Source: an uncultured Ruficoccus sp. (GTDB lineage Bacteria > Verrucomicrobiota > Verrucomicrobiia > Opitutales > Cerasicoccaceae). From it: 64,000 nt of DNA. The stretch covers positions 480,001 through 544,000 of the forward strand of contig OZ223481.1 of NCBI GenBank assembly GCA_965140785.1, in the 5' to 3' direction. Under the pieces are notes generated by a model, which saw only the letters and a list, made by a program, of their open reading frames with translations, ran no database searches and had not been told where the DNA came from. The number at the start of each line of letters is the position of its first letter. Within the stretch, counting starts at the first letter, position 1. Positions 1 to 8,346 of the stretch are shown here, in pieces. The translations under genes were made by a program, and so were the position numbers.

Positions 1-73
1 ACTAAAAAACACCTCGATTTGTTAAAAAAGGACCTATTATAAATCATTTTTTTAATTGTAACGGGATCGGCCA

Positions 74-98
74 AAGGGGTCAGGCCAATAATTTAAAT
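74..98 (+). repeat. Left inverted repeat of the RAYT unit; part of an imperfect hairpin 75-112
   Basis: AGGGGTCAGGCCAATA...TATTGATTAGCCCCT can fold; matches 1050-1074 in reverse complement. Confidence 0.8.
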
Positions 99-134
99 AT
101 TGATTAGCCCCTGTGTTTGTGCTGAGGTGTGCGT

Positions 135-1055
135 ATGGCAAGGGCTGTTCGCTTTCAGTTTCCGGGTGCGATTTACCATGTGCTCAATCGTGGGAACTAC
201 CGTAAGGATTTGTTTACGGCGGGTGAGAGCGGGGCATGGTTTGTGCGGGCGCTGCAGGAGGCCAGTGAGCAGTGTGGCTGGCGTGTCCATGCCTACGTGG
301 TGATGAGTAACCACTATCACCTGGTGGTGGAGACGCCGGAGCCGAACCTGGTCGATGGGATGCATTGGCTGCAAACGACGTTTGCGAGCCGCTTCAATCG
401 CTCGATGGGCGAGCGCGGGCATGTGTTTCAAGGCCGCTACAAGGCGCTGCTGGTGGCACCGGGTCCTCACTTTACGGGGGTGGTCAATTATGTGCATCTC
501 AACCCCGTACGCGCGGGCCTATGCACGCTGGAGGATTTGAGGAGCTATGGCTTGGGCAGCTATGGCCACTTTTTTCGCAAACATCGTCCCGACTGGCTGG
601 TGCGCGCGGAATTCCTCGGCCAACTGCACCTGCCCGACAGCCTGAAAGGGATGAACACTTACGCAAAAATGCTAGCATTGGCCGATGAGCAAGACCCCGA
701 AAAACGGGCGTCGCTGAGTCGCGAATATTGCCGGGGCTGGCTGATCGGTGACAAGGCCTACCGCGAGCAAGTCCTGGAGCGCATGAACAAGCATGAGTTG
801 CGGGGGAGCCACTGCGGTGACGATGTCCGCAACCTCAACGAGTTTCGTTGGGAACAGGCGCTGGCAGAACAACTCAAGCAGCACGAAAAATCGTCAGAAG
901 ACATTACCCGCGCCCCCAAGGCCGCTGATTGGAAAATCGCAATTGCCCGGCACATGCGCACCCACACCCGCGCCACCAATCCCTGGCTCGCAAAAAAGCT
1001 CTCCATGGGCCATCCCTCACGCGTCAGCAACTTGATATACAATCGCGACATTTAA
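135..1055 (+). CDS. REP-associated tyrosine transposase (Y1_Tnp/IS200-like HUH family)
   Basis: MARAVRFQFPGAIYHVLNRGN start, HUH motif MSNHYHLV, FQGRYKA, catalytic Tyr in YVHLNPVRAG, C-terminal HTH-like region. Confidence 0.9.
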   Translation: MARAVRFQFPGAIYHVLNRGNYRKDLFTAGESGAWFVRALQEASEQCGWRVHAYVVMSNHYHLVVETPEPNLVDGMHWLQTTFASRFNRSMGERGHVFQGRYKALLVAPGPHFTGVVNYVHLNPVRAGLCTLEDLRSYGLGSYGHFFRKHRPDWLVRAEFLGQLHLPDSLKGMNTYAKMLALADEQDPEKRASLSREYCRGWLIGDKAYREQVLERMNKHELRGSHCGDDVRNLNEFRWEQALAEQLKQHEKSSEDITRAPKAADWKIAIARHMRTHTRATNPWLAKKLSMGHPSRVSNLIYNRDI

Positions 1056-1074
1056 ATTATTGATCTGACCCCTT
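1050..1074 (-). repeat. Right inverted repeat of the RAYT unit
   Basis: ATTTAAATTATTGATCTGACCCCTT overlaps the transposase stop codon. Confidence 0.8.
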
Positions 1075-1099
1075 CGGCTCCCTTTGGCTTGATCCGGCC

Positions 1100-1534
1100 G
1101 TGCTACGGCAGGACCTTGAGGCTGCCGGGATCGCTTATCAGGACGAGGAGGGCCGCTATGTGGACTTCCATTCCCTGCGGCATACCTGGGGCACGTTTTT
1201 GCAGGTCAACGGCGTGACGCAGCGCGAGGCTATGGAGTTAATGCGCCATCAGGACGAGCGGCTAACGTCGAAGATTTACACCGACACGCACCACCTGCGG
1301 CTCTTTGAGAAAGTCGAGGCTTTGCCCGCCCTCGAAAAAGGGTCACACATAGGGTCACAGATTTCTGGTAACTCGGGCAAAGTCCTGACAAAACGTGGCA
1401 TAAACAGTCACGATAATTCCGTTTCGGAACCTGTTGAATCTGAGTCGGTTTGCGCCGTTCTGACCCCGCCTGACACAGGCGGGAAAGTGGCGTCCCCACG
1501 GGGAGGTGATGCTTTGAGTCTTCTGTGCTGTTGA
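1100..1534 (+). pseudogene. C-terminal fragment of a tyrosine integrase (older tRNA-Glu island)
   Basis: DFHSLRHT (HxxR), LMRH and catalytic Tyr in SKIYTD present. The N-terminal part with the first Arg is missing (in-frame stop at 1061). The ORF runs into the att repeat. Confidence 0.85.
1484..1504. repeat. att direct repeat, distal end of island (tRNA-Glu 3' end duplicate)
   Basis: AAAGTGGCGTCCCCACGGGGA, identical to 13589-13609. Confidence 0.95.
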
Positions 1535-1630
1535 AAATCAGCGCCTTATGTAATTGTCTCAAGCGGGCGATAGCTACGTTTTGTGACCAAATATATAACA
1601 GGGCAAATGATGGTATGAAAAGGCTAAAAA

Positions 1631-2017
1631 CTAGAAAGTCTCTGGATCGCGTTCGTGGACTTCAGGAATATTGGTGGAAAAAGTGATGGTTGAGTTGTCA
1701 TAATCAATATGAAAATCAACGACTTCATCGTAATCATACTCTGGTATCATATCCTTGCATCCCATATAGGCTTCGCCCCGAAACGAAACATTTAAGTATC
1801 CTTGCTCCGGGTTTTCAAAAGACACATCACCTGCCCAATCTACCCCGCAAAACGTTTCACGTATATTCTGACAAAAGCCTGCGAAAAGAGTTTCTTCCTC
1901 ATCGCTAGATAATTTATCAAAAAATAATTTGATCAGCGCTTCTTTGTCTGAAAGAGCATTGCCTTTAAGTACCTCTAGATCTTCTTCAAAGATGTACTCT
2001 GTTACAGATGCTTCCAT
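1631..2017 (-). CDS. Small, highly acidic hypothetical protein
   Basis: 128-aa ATG-started ORF co-oriented downstream of the HNH gene; about 31 D/E vs about 8 K/R by hand count. Confidence 0.7.
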   Translation of the reverse strand: MEASVTEYIFEEDLEVLKGNALSDKEALIKLFFDKLSSDEEETLFAGFCQNIRETFCGVDWAGDVSFENPEQGYLNVSFRGEAYMGCKDMIPEYDYDEVVDFHIDYDNSTITFSTNIPEVHERDPETF

Positions 2018-2091
2018 TGGTTTAGCAGAACGTTTTTTATTATTCTTTATATCGATTACTTGTATTTTGTTTTATTGTCGATTGATGGCAA

Positions 2092-2727
2092 CTAAGTTTT
2101 TTTAAACCTATCTGTGATCGCTCTAATTCTTGGCAGAAATGTGGAGTCGAACTCTTGTCGAATCATTTCATCTGCGACAAACGGAAGCCTTTTTTGTAAT
2201 TCCGAAAAGCTTATGAAGGAACGAACGTAAAATGATACCCACCTTGTTCTTTCTTCTACCAACCTACTTTTATTTAGCAAGTTGATAGTAGCGCTGTGTC
2301 GCTGAAAGTCGGTTGATGCATTTATTAGAAAAGTTCTAAAATCCAATGTAAACAACCCGTGTGGAATCTCAAAGGGGTCGTCTATGTTGACCGAATCACC
2401 TTTGTCCTGATTTACAAAAGCTCTTGCTAGACGAAAATTATCCCACTCATAAGCCTGATGTGGATTATGACTTTTTGGAATAAAGTGATCCACAGACGAA
2501 TGATCATCGCTCGCCTGAGGATTTCTTGGCATTGGAATCCACGCCGAACAGTAAGCACACACTCCAGAATACAACGTGTATAATTCATTATGAGCACGAC
2601 TCCAATATCGATGGTATTTGAACTCGTGACTCGTAGGATTAGGTGTTCTAGTTAGAAATCTCTGCCCCGGTGTCCTTACCCGCGTGTTGAAGTTAGGGGG
2701 CTCTGGTTGCCGCGTTACTGGTTTCAT
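2092..2727 (-). CDS. HNH endonuclease (Septu PtuB-like)
   Basis: CAYC...SVDHFIPKS...YEWDNFRLA...VNQDKG. ATG at 2727 overlaps the ATPase TGA (ATGA). Confidence 0.85.
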   Translation of the reverse strand: MKPVTRQPEPPNFNTRVRTPGQRFLTRTPNPTSHEFKYHRYWSRAHNELYTLYSGVCAYCSAWIPMPRNPQASDDHSSVDHFIPKSHNPHQAYEWDNFRLARAFVNQDKGDSVNIDDPFEIPHGLFTLDFRTFLINASTDFQRHSATINLLNKSRLVEERTRWVSFYVRSFISFSELQKRLPFVADEMIRQEFDSTFLPRIRAITDRFKKT

Positions 2728-4571
2728 ATCTGAACTCCATGGTCCTCTGCGAATAACAACCAAGTCATCCAGAATTCATCATCAGGAGGTAGAACTTTAA
2801 GTAATTGGTCTGTGAGTTTTTTGACCTCAATCGACGATGCTAGCTTTGGTTCTAATTGAACGGTGCGTGCACGTTTAATTAAAGTTTCAGCATATTTACT
2901 CCTAGGTTCGGCTAGTCCAAATATATCTGAGCTTAGCCAATTATCGACTTTGCCGTGCCGAATGAAATCTTTTTCTTCAAAGTTAACCGTACCGGAGGAA
3001 GTGCAATCTAGGTGAAACGTTTTATCGCTTTCAGAATCAAAAAAACTATCTACAGATGCTAGGACTAATGGAGAATGAGACGCTACTAGTATTTGAATGT
3101 CAATGTCGTCATTCAAACTATTAAAGACACGTATGATTGCAGGTAATAAAATCCTTTGCCACTTCGGGTGTAAGTGTGCTTCAATCTCATCGATTATTAA
3201 AACGATCCTCTGCTCAAATTTATTTCCAGTTTCTCGTGATAATTGTAGATGCCGACTCCAAGTCCAAACAACTAGATAGGCGAGAGTCAGTATTCTACGA
3301 ATTCCCGCTGAGGCCAGTTTTAGGGGGACCTGACCGTACCTGTGTACTATGGAAGGAGTATCTCTGTAGTCTCCAATCAGTCTAATTGGAGGGCCAGCTT
3401 CAATAATCCCCAGGTCTGGTGGGGATAGCTCTTTAAGTGCGAGCATAAGCAGTCGAAACTCGTCGCTATCAGTTGCTTGCCATGAAATCCAGTCTCTGAG
3501 TAGCCCTTCGATAGATGCTTCGTTCCCTTTGAAAACATCGTCTCTTGTAAAGTTCAGGGCTTTTTGACCTATCGCTGTCCTATGCGGGTCCCATACTGAG
3601 AAAGAACCATCCACTCGTGCATAAATGACTAGGCCGGAGAGAGTTGGTCGCTTCCTAGGGGTTTGCCATCGCCCTAATTTTGGTGCAAATTTTAATTCTA
3701 TAGCATCGCCCGGATTATCACTTGATATTTGAAATTTGATAGTTGCGTTCTGGGGGGAAACCGCGCTTGTGGGGTAGGCTTGTTCGGCTGCCCATTCCCC
3801 TGTCAAAGCCCACCATGCCATATCGAGAATGAAGGTTTTGCCCAAACCATTATCTCCTGTGATGAGGTTGAGTCTTTCCCCAAGACTCATTTGAAGATTT
3901 TTGATACAACCAGTTCCATGTGCCTCAAGATAGGATAGTATACCGCCCGATTCGGGTTCAAGATCGGGGGGCGCAGAAAAGTGATTCAGAATGGCATTCG
4001 GTTCGAGGGGCAAGCTGTCGAACTTGAGCCGGTTAGCCAATGGTTGTAGGTCGAATAACTTATTCTGCTCCTCTGCGTTTACGGCGAAATAATCGGTGAA
4101 TTTAGCGATAATATCTGAGCTGGTCGTCTGATCCGACCAAGCCTCTTTTTTGAAAATCCAACACGCCAGAGGCAGCATTGGGATTTTTTTGGAATTTAGA
4201 AGTGCCTGTTGAAGTATGTCTATATAGTTCGGAGACCATCCCCATTTACTGCTCTTTTTCTCATGTAAAAAAGCGCTCTTGAAGGTGCGGGTATTGACAC
4301 TTTGCAATCCTTTTCCGGCATAATCGGGTCGTAGCCAGTCTTGGTTCTTCTCGTTGAACCTTAGCACTCGAAAAAACCATCTTGAACGAGGGTGGATTCG
4401 ATAATGTCTGACTAAAAAGTCTTTGTTCAGGTTATCTAGACTAATATCTATCTGGGAACCGACCGGTAGTCGCACTTCTTTGCAAGAAAGATAGCTTGTG
4501 CCAAAAAAAACATTAAAGTCTTTGAGTAATCTGATGGACTCAAGCAACGAATCTGCTGATATGTATTTCAT
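2724..4571 (-). CDS. ABC-type/AAA_21 ATPase (Septu PtuA-like) with an extra ~200-aa N-terminal domain
   Basis: Walker A GDNGLGKT, signature-like ASAGIRR, Walker B IIDEIEAHLHPKWQR, H-loop ASHSP. Confidence 0.88.
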   Translation of the reverse strand: MKYISADSLLESIRLLKDFNVFFGTSYLSCKEVRLPVGSQIDISLDNLNKDFLVRHYRIHPRSRWFFRVLRFNEKNQDWLRPDYAGKGLQSVNTRTFKSAFLHEKKSSKWGWSPNYIDILQQALLNSKKIPMLPLACWIFKKEAWSDQTTSSDIIAKFTDYFAVNAEEQNKLFDLQPLANRLKFDSLPLEPNAILNHFSAPPDLEPESGGILSYLEAHGTGCIKNLQMSLGERLNLITGDNGLGKTFILDMAWWALTGEWAAEQAYPTSAVSPQNATIKFQISSDNPGDAIELKFAPKLGRWQTPRKRPTLSGLVIYARVDGSFSVWDPHRTAIGQKALNFTRDDVFKGNEASIEGLLRDWISWQATDSDEFRLLMLALKELSPPDLGIIEAGPPIRLIGDYRDTPSIVHRYGQVPLKLASAGIRRILTLAYLVVWTWSRHLQLSRETGNKFEQRIVLIIDEIEAHLHPKWQRILLPAIIRVFNSLNDDIDIQILVASHSPLVLASVDSFFDSESDKTFHLDCTSSGTVNFEEKDFIRHGKVDNWLSSDIFGLAEPRSKYAETLIKRARTVQLEPKLASSIEVKKLTDQLLKVLPPDDEFWMTWLLFAEDHGVQI

Positions 4572-5404
4572 TGGACAGCCTCATTTAAAATATATCTACA
4601 ATAGTCTTCATTGAGTTCGATTCCAATAGCGTTTCTACCTTCGCTAAGAGATACTCGCAACGTAGTTCCGCTTCCTGCAAAGGGGTCAAGGACACTGCCG
4701 CCAACAGGGCAGCCGATTTGAATGCATCGATGGACCAATTCATCTGGAAATGCAGCCGTATCAATCTCACCTCTAACCTTTGGTCTTGGGCTGATAGTCC
4801 AAACGTCTTCATCGATGCGATTGTTCTTTAGGTGTTCCCGATTGAAATAATATCTCCTACTTTTTGCGAACATAAATACAAACTCGTATGACCTCCTTGG
4901 TCGGTCACGCACGGATTCCGGAAGGCATTTTTCTCGATGCCAAATTATTGAGCTTCGCAATACCCACTCGGATTCGCAAAGCCTCATTGCGATTCTCCAA
5001 GGTATCCCTATCAATGATTTTCTTTGTAGTCCGACTCCTAAGCCTCCGCTTCTATCGACTGCCCGTAGTCCGAACCTTCGCTTTTTACTTTTAGCATCCT
5101 TACCCTGCGACTGGCCCTTGCCAGAATAGTAGGTGTCACCTATATTGAGAAAAAATGTTCCCTCTGGCTTGAGGATTCTTTTAAGTTGTTCTCCTACCAA
5201 AAACAATGACTCGACATAATCTGCTATAGAGTTTTCAAGTCCAATCTGACCATCGACCCCATAGTCACGTAGCCAAAAATATGGGGGGGAAGTAATAATG
5301 CAATCTACTGATTCTGAAGGAATTTGCGTGAGACAGTCATGGGCATCCCCGCAATGAAGCTGCCAAGTGTTCCCTGCTATATTTAGTCCATTCCATTGAG
5401 GCAT
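4568..5404 (-). CDS. Site-specific DNA methyltransferase, N4-C/N6-A beta class
   Basis: Catalytic TSPPY precedes SAM-binding LDPFAGSGTT. SPPY suggests m4C. TGA overlaps the ATPase ATG. Alternative TTG start at 5443. Confidence 0.93.
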   Translation of the reverse strand: MPQWNGLNIAGNTWQLHCGDAHDCLTQIPSESVDCIITSPPYFWLRDYGVDGQIGLENSIADYVESLFLVGEQLKRILKPEGTFFLNIGDTYYSGKGQSQGKDAKSKKRRFGLRAVDRSGGLGVGLQRKSLIGIPWRIAMRLCESEWVLRSSIIWHREKCLPESVRDRPRRSYEFVFMFAKSRRYYFNREHLKNNRIDEDVWTISPRPKVRGEIDTAAFPDELVHRCIQIGCPVGGSVLDPFAGSGTTLRVSLSEGRNAIGIELNEDYCRYILNEAVQ

Positions 5405-5466
5405 AAGCTTGATATACAAGTAAATAAAGACGTCGTTGTGCAATCACCAAAATAGTTGGTGTCCGT

Positions 5467-5494
5467 GTTCACAAAAACGACCGTTTCCCTGAAC
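5467..5494. promoter_or_regulatory. Candidate res subsite for the serine recombinase
   Basis: Imperfect palindrome GTTCACAAAAACGACCGTTTCCCTGAAC in the AT-rich gap upstream of the resolvase. Confidence 0.4.
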
Positions 5495-5603
5495 TCCAAC
5501 TCCACTTAGCAGACATATGAGAGAAAAAGGGATTATTGGTTCAATAAACTGGTTTTTAAAAATAGAGTTTACAAAACCAAAATTTCACGAGTAATGTAAA
5601 CTC

Positions 5604-6185
5604 ATGAAGTTTGGCTACGCTCGTGTTTCCACTGCGGATCAAAACCTAGACCTGCAAATTGATGCTCTCCAAAAGGAGGGCTGCGAGAAAATCTTTAAAG
5701 ACAAGATTTCAGGCGCGAAGATCGAGCGCCCGGAATTCGACAAGATGCGCCAACTCCTGCGGGAGGGGGATATTGTCGTCGTCTACAAGCTGGATCGCTT
5801 GGGCAGAAGCTTAAGGCATCTCGTGGAGATTGTCTCTGACTTTCAGGAAAATAAGGTCAGCTTCAAATCCCTGAACGATCCCATTGATACCACAACCTCT
5901 CAAGGGAAGCTGATTTTCAACATATTCGCCTCTCTGGCTGAGTTTGAGCGCGATTTGATCCGGGAGAGGACTCGGGCCGGGTTGGACTCTGCAAGGGCTA
6001 GAGGGCGCCTTGGAGGCCGTCCTAAGGGGCTTTCCGCTGAGGCAGAGCAGAAGGCGATTATCTGCGAGTCTCTATACCGTGAAGGCAAGCACACGGTAAA
6101 CAATATTGCACGTCAACTGAAGCTGTCTAAGGCGACTCTCTACAAGTATCTGAGGCATAGGGGCGTCGAGATCGCCCAATCCTAG
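5604..6185 (+). CDS. Small serine recombinase (resolvase/invertase)
   Basis: GYARVST catalytic Ser, KLDRLGRS, LAEFER, GRLGGRP, C-terminal HTH. Confidence 0.95.
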   Translation: MKFGYARVSTADQNLDLQIDALQKEGCEKIFKDKISGAKIERPEFDKMRQLLREGDIVVVYKLDRLGRSLRHLVEIVSDFQENKVSFKSLNDPIDTTTSQGKLIFNIFASLAEFERDLIRERTRAGLDSARARGRLGGRPKGLSAEAEQKAIICESLYREGKHTVNNIARQLKLSKATLYKYLRHRGVEIAQS

Positions 6186-6240
6186 CCATCATTGGCCGGT
6201 GCTGATTCCCTCCCCTGCGGAACGTGTAGTCACTCCCGCC

Positions 6241-6261
6241 CATTTTGAACCCGGTTCAAAT
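6241..6261. repeat. Island-specific palindromic motif, copy 1
   Basis: CATTTTGAACCCGGTTCAAAT; 20/21 identical to 11398-11418. Confidence 0.8.
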
Positions 6262-6264
6262 GCT

Positions 6265-7437
6265 TCAAAACTTGAGGTTTACATCAGCCTTGAGGGCAGC
6301 CTCTACAGCTTTCCGCATCTGAAGGCGGACTATATGGGCATGTTGCTTCTTGCAGACAATAGAGTCATGCACCGTGCCAAACGGAATTTTGGCCTTAACA
6401 AGCCTTATTCCGACATTATGGATAACTAAGTTCGCTTCCGCGTTCTGAAGGTATATGGCAAACCTTGAGCGATGCCCTTGTTTCTGTGCATCTATCAAGC
6501 CTGAGAGGATTGGGAAAAGCCTTTTCATTGCCTGCCAAAGTTGGCCCGTAGAGGGGGCGCGGTTGAAGAAAATCTGCTGGTAGCAGGCCACTTTGATCTT
6601 TTTACGAATCTTCAGCCTGCCTCCTGCTTCTTTTGCAATCTGAGTGTAGAAGTCCCCTTCAATGAATTTCAAGTAACGCGCCATTTCCTCCCGATGGGCT
6701 TTACTCCGGCGATTATAGAGGGTGGCAGATAGTAGAGGCTGTGCGCTTGGTATATCGACTTCAACCACGTCCTCCCCATCGAGAGTAAGCAACTTCCGCA
6801 TATCTTTTGGCGTACTGGTCAAGGCGTGAAAACAGCGCTTCGATTGGGGAGATTTTGTAAAAAAGCTGCTCTGCCCATTGACGAAGTCGCGACACATCTC
6901 CCGGTGACTTCGCTTACGCTTCTGGTACCGTCGAATGAGGACATCTACGTCGGACTTGAACTTGAATCTCTCCAGATTTTCTCGAATAGCATCATAGGGG
7001 AAGCCGACTGCCAATTCCGGTTGAGTGGCATTGAACTGCCTTACTCGCTTGAGGCACCGAGTATCTACAATCTTCATTTTCAGCTGACGGAGATTGGCGT
7101 AGGCAGGCTTTAAGCGATAACAAATCGATTTCTCTCCGGGAATATATCGGTGATCGCATTCAATCACACCCAAATCTTCCAACATATCTCGGGCCTCTCG
7201 TGCATACCCTTGACCAAGCAGGCGCTTCAGCATCGATCCTTTGATTTGCACCCATCCGTCATCCCCCTCTCTGGAGTATGCAGCTACAAACCCAATCCAG
7301 TTTATCAGGGTAATAAACAACAAAGCTTTGTGATGCCGTTCAACGCGAAGACTGTAATACTGAGGCATTCGCTCCTTCCTGGCGATTGCCCCTAGGTCAA
7401 ACCCCTTTGGAAGTAGGTAATACTCTGGCACCTTCAT
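6265..7437 (-). CDS. Minimal family-A-like polymerase (TV-Pol-like putative primase/replication protein)
   Basis: Motif A-like VEVDIPSAQP, motif B-like RKKIKVACYQQIFF, LQNAEA helix, motif C TVHDSI. No exonuclease domain. Confidence 0.6.
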   Translation of the reverse strand: MKVPEYYLLPKGFDLGAIARKERMPQYYSLRVERHHKALLFITLINWIGFVAAYSREGDDGWVQIKGSMLKRLLGQGYAREARDMLEDLGVIECDHRYIPGEKSICYRLKPAYANLRQLKMKIVDTRCLKRVRQFNATQPELAVGFPYDAIRENLERFKFKSDVDVLIRRYQKRKRSHREMCRDFVNGQSSFFTKSPQSKRCFHALTSTPKDMRKLLTLDGEDVVEVDIPSAQPLLSATLYNRRSKAHREEMARYLKFIEGDFYTQIAKEAGGRLKIRKKIKVACYQQIFFNRAPSTGQLWQAMKRLFPILSGLIDAQKQGHRSRFAIYLQNAEANLVIHNVGIRLVKAKIPFGTVHDSIVCKKQHAHIVRLQMRKAVEAALKADVNLKF

Positions 7438-7487
7438 GAAGTTCCCTTCTTTCCGCTCATAGTTCCGTCTATGATCCCCCCTCCTAT

Positions 7488-7518
7488 TTATGATTCCGGT
7501 TTGAACCCGAAATCATAA
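7488..7518. promoter_or_regulatory. Imperfect hairpin upstream of the polymerase gene containing the TTTGAACCCG core
   Basis: TTATGATTCCGGTTTGAACCCGAAATCATAA. Confidence 0.5.
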
Positions 7519-7602
7519 TTTTAGGTCATTCATGGATATGGTGAACAATCGCTTGTCGCAAGCGTATAGAGCATAGGAGATGAGATGCGGATACTCCTAG
7601 AC

Positions 7603-8346
7603 CTACCAGCTCACGACCCATCGAACGGGTATCTGTTCGGTGCCGTTGTCGCAGTTGGGGCAGGGATACCAGCGGTCGGGGGATTTCCCTTTTTCGATCT
7701 CGCCCCGCAAGCTGCCTTTGCCGTGGCAGAGGGGGCACGGGATGGCTTCGACATCGTAAATGATCAGCGTCCTTTTCCTGTCCCGAAGGATTGAAGTAAA
7801 ATCCGTTTGGCTCAGGCCGTTGCCAGACGGATTAATGTCCGGGGTCCATTCCTGTACTCTGCGTACGGTGCGAGTTGCTCCAATCACGCTCATGTATTGA
7901 TATGTCCCTGCGTCGAAATAGTAGAGGTAGACTTCTTGATCGTCTAAGACCTTGCGGGAATCACCCAACACCAGCGCAACCACTTCGCTGCCATTCGATC
8001 TGGGAGTGGCCAGACTGGGAGCGCCCTTGTAGGGGCTGGCCTGAAAGACTTTAAAGTACCCCTGTTTAGGATAATGGTCAGGGAGAATGATGGGGACATC
8101 GCCGGGGGCGAGATACTGCTTTTGCCAGAGATGAAACAGGCGCAGCAGGGTTTCGCGGGGGTATTTGCTGCTTCCGGTTTCGCCAACCCGAAACTCTCTA
8201 ACGTCCATACGCGCTTCGAAGGACGGGGGTGAACCATAATTTGTCGGGTGGCCTGTCAACGTATCGCCCGCTAGGGGCGAGGTCGCGAAGCTGGCCAGCA
8301 CTACAAGATTGCGCAACAGCATTAACATTCTATTTCCGTCACTCAC
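7603..8346 (-). CDS. Secreted hypothetical protein with C-terminal DnaJ-type zinc-finger motifs
   Basis: Signal-peptide-like N-terminus; CPLCHGKG...CPNCDNG. GTG start overlaps the upstream TGA. Confidence 0.65.
   Translation of the reverse strand: MSDGNRMLMLLRNLVVLASFATSPLAGDTLTGHPTNYGSPPSFEARMDVREFRVGETGSSKYPRETLLRLFHLWQKQYLAPGDVPIILPDHYPKQGYFKVFQASPYKGAPSLATPRSNGSEVVALVLGDSRKVLDDQEVYLYYFDAGTYQYMSVIGATRTVRRVQEWTPDINPSGNGLSQTDFTSILRDRKRTLIIYDVEAIPCPLCHGKGSLRGEIEKGKSPDRWYPCPNCDNGTEQIPVRWVVSW

Larger units (their letters stand above)
63..1095. mobile_element. RAYT/Y1 HUH transposase unit flanked by GGGGTCAG-type inverted repeats
   Basis: Transposase ORF bracketed by AAGGGGTCAGGCCAATAATTTAAAT (74-98) and its reverse complement at 1050-1074 (2 mismatches). 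Imperfect outer extension GGATCGGCCAAAGGG / CCCTTTGGCTTGATCC. Confidence 0.7.

Noticed and set aside
2092..5600. Retron-Septu assignment
   Set aside because: No reverse transcriptase (no YADD-type motif) and no msr-msd-like region. The upstream gene is an MTase.
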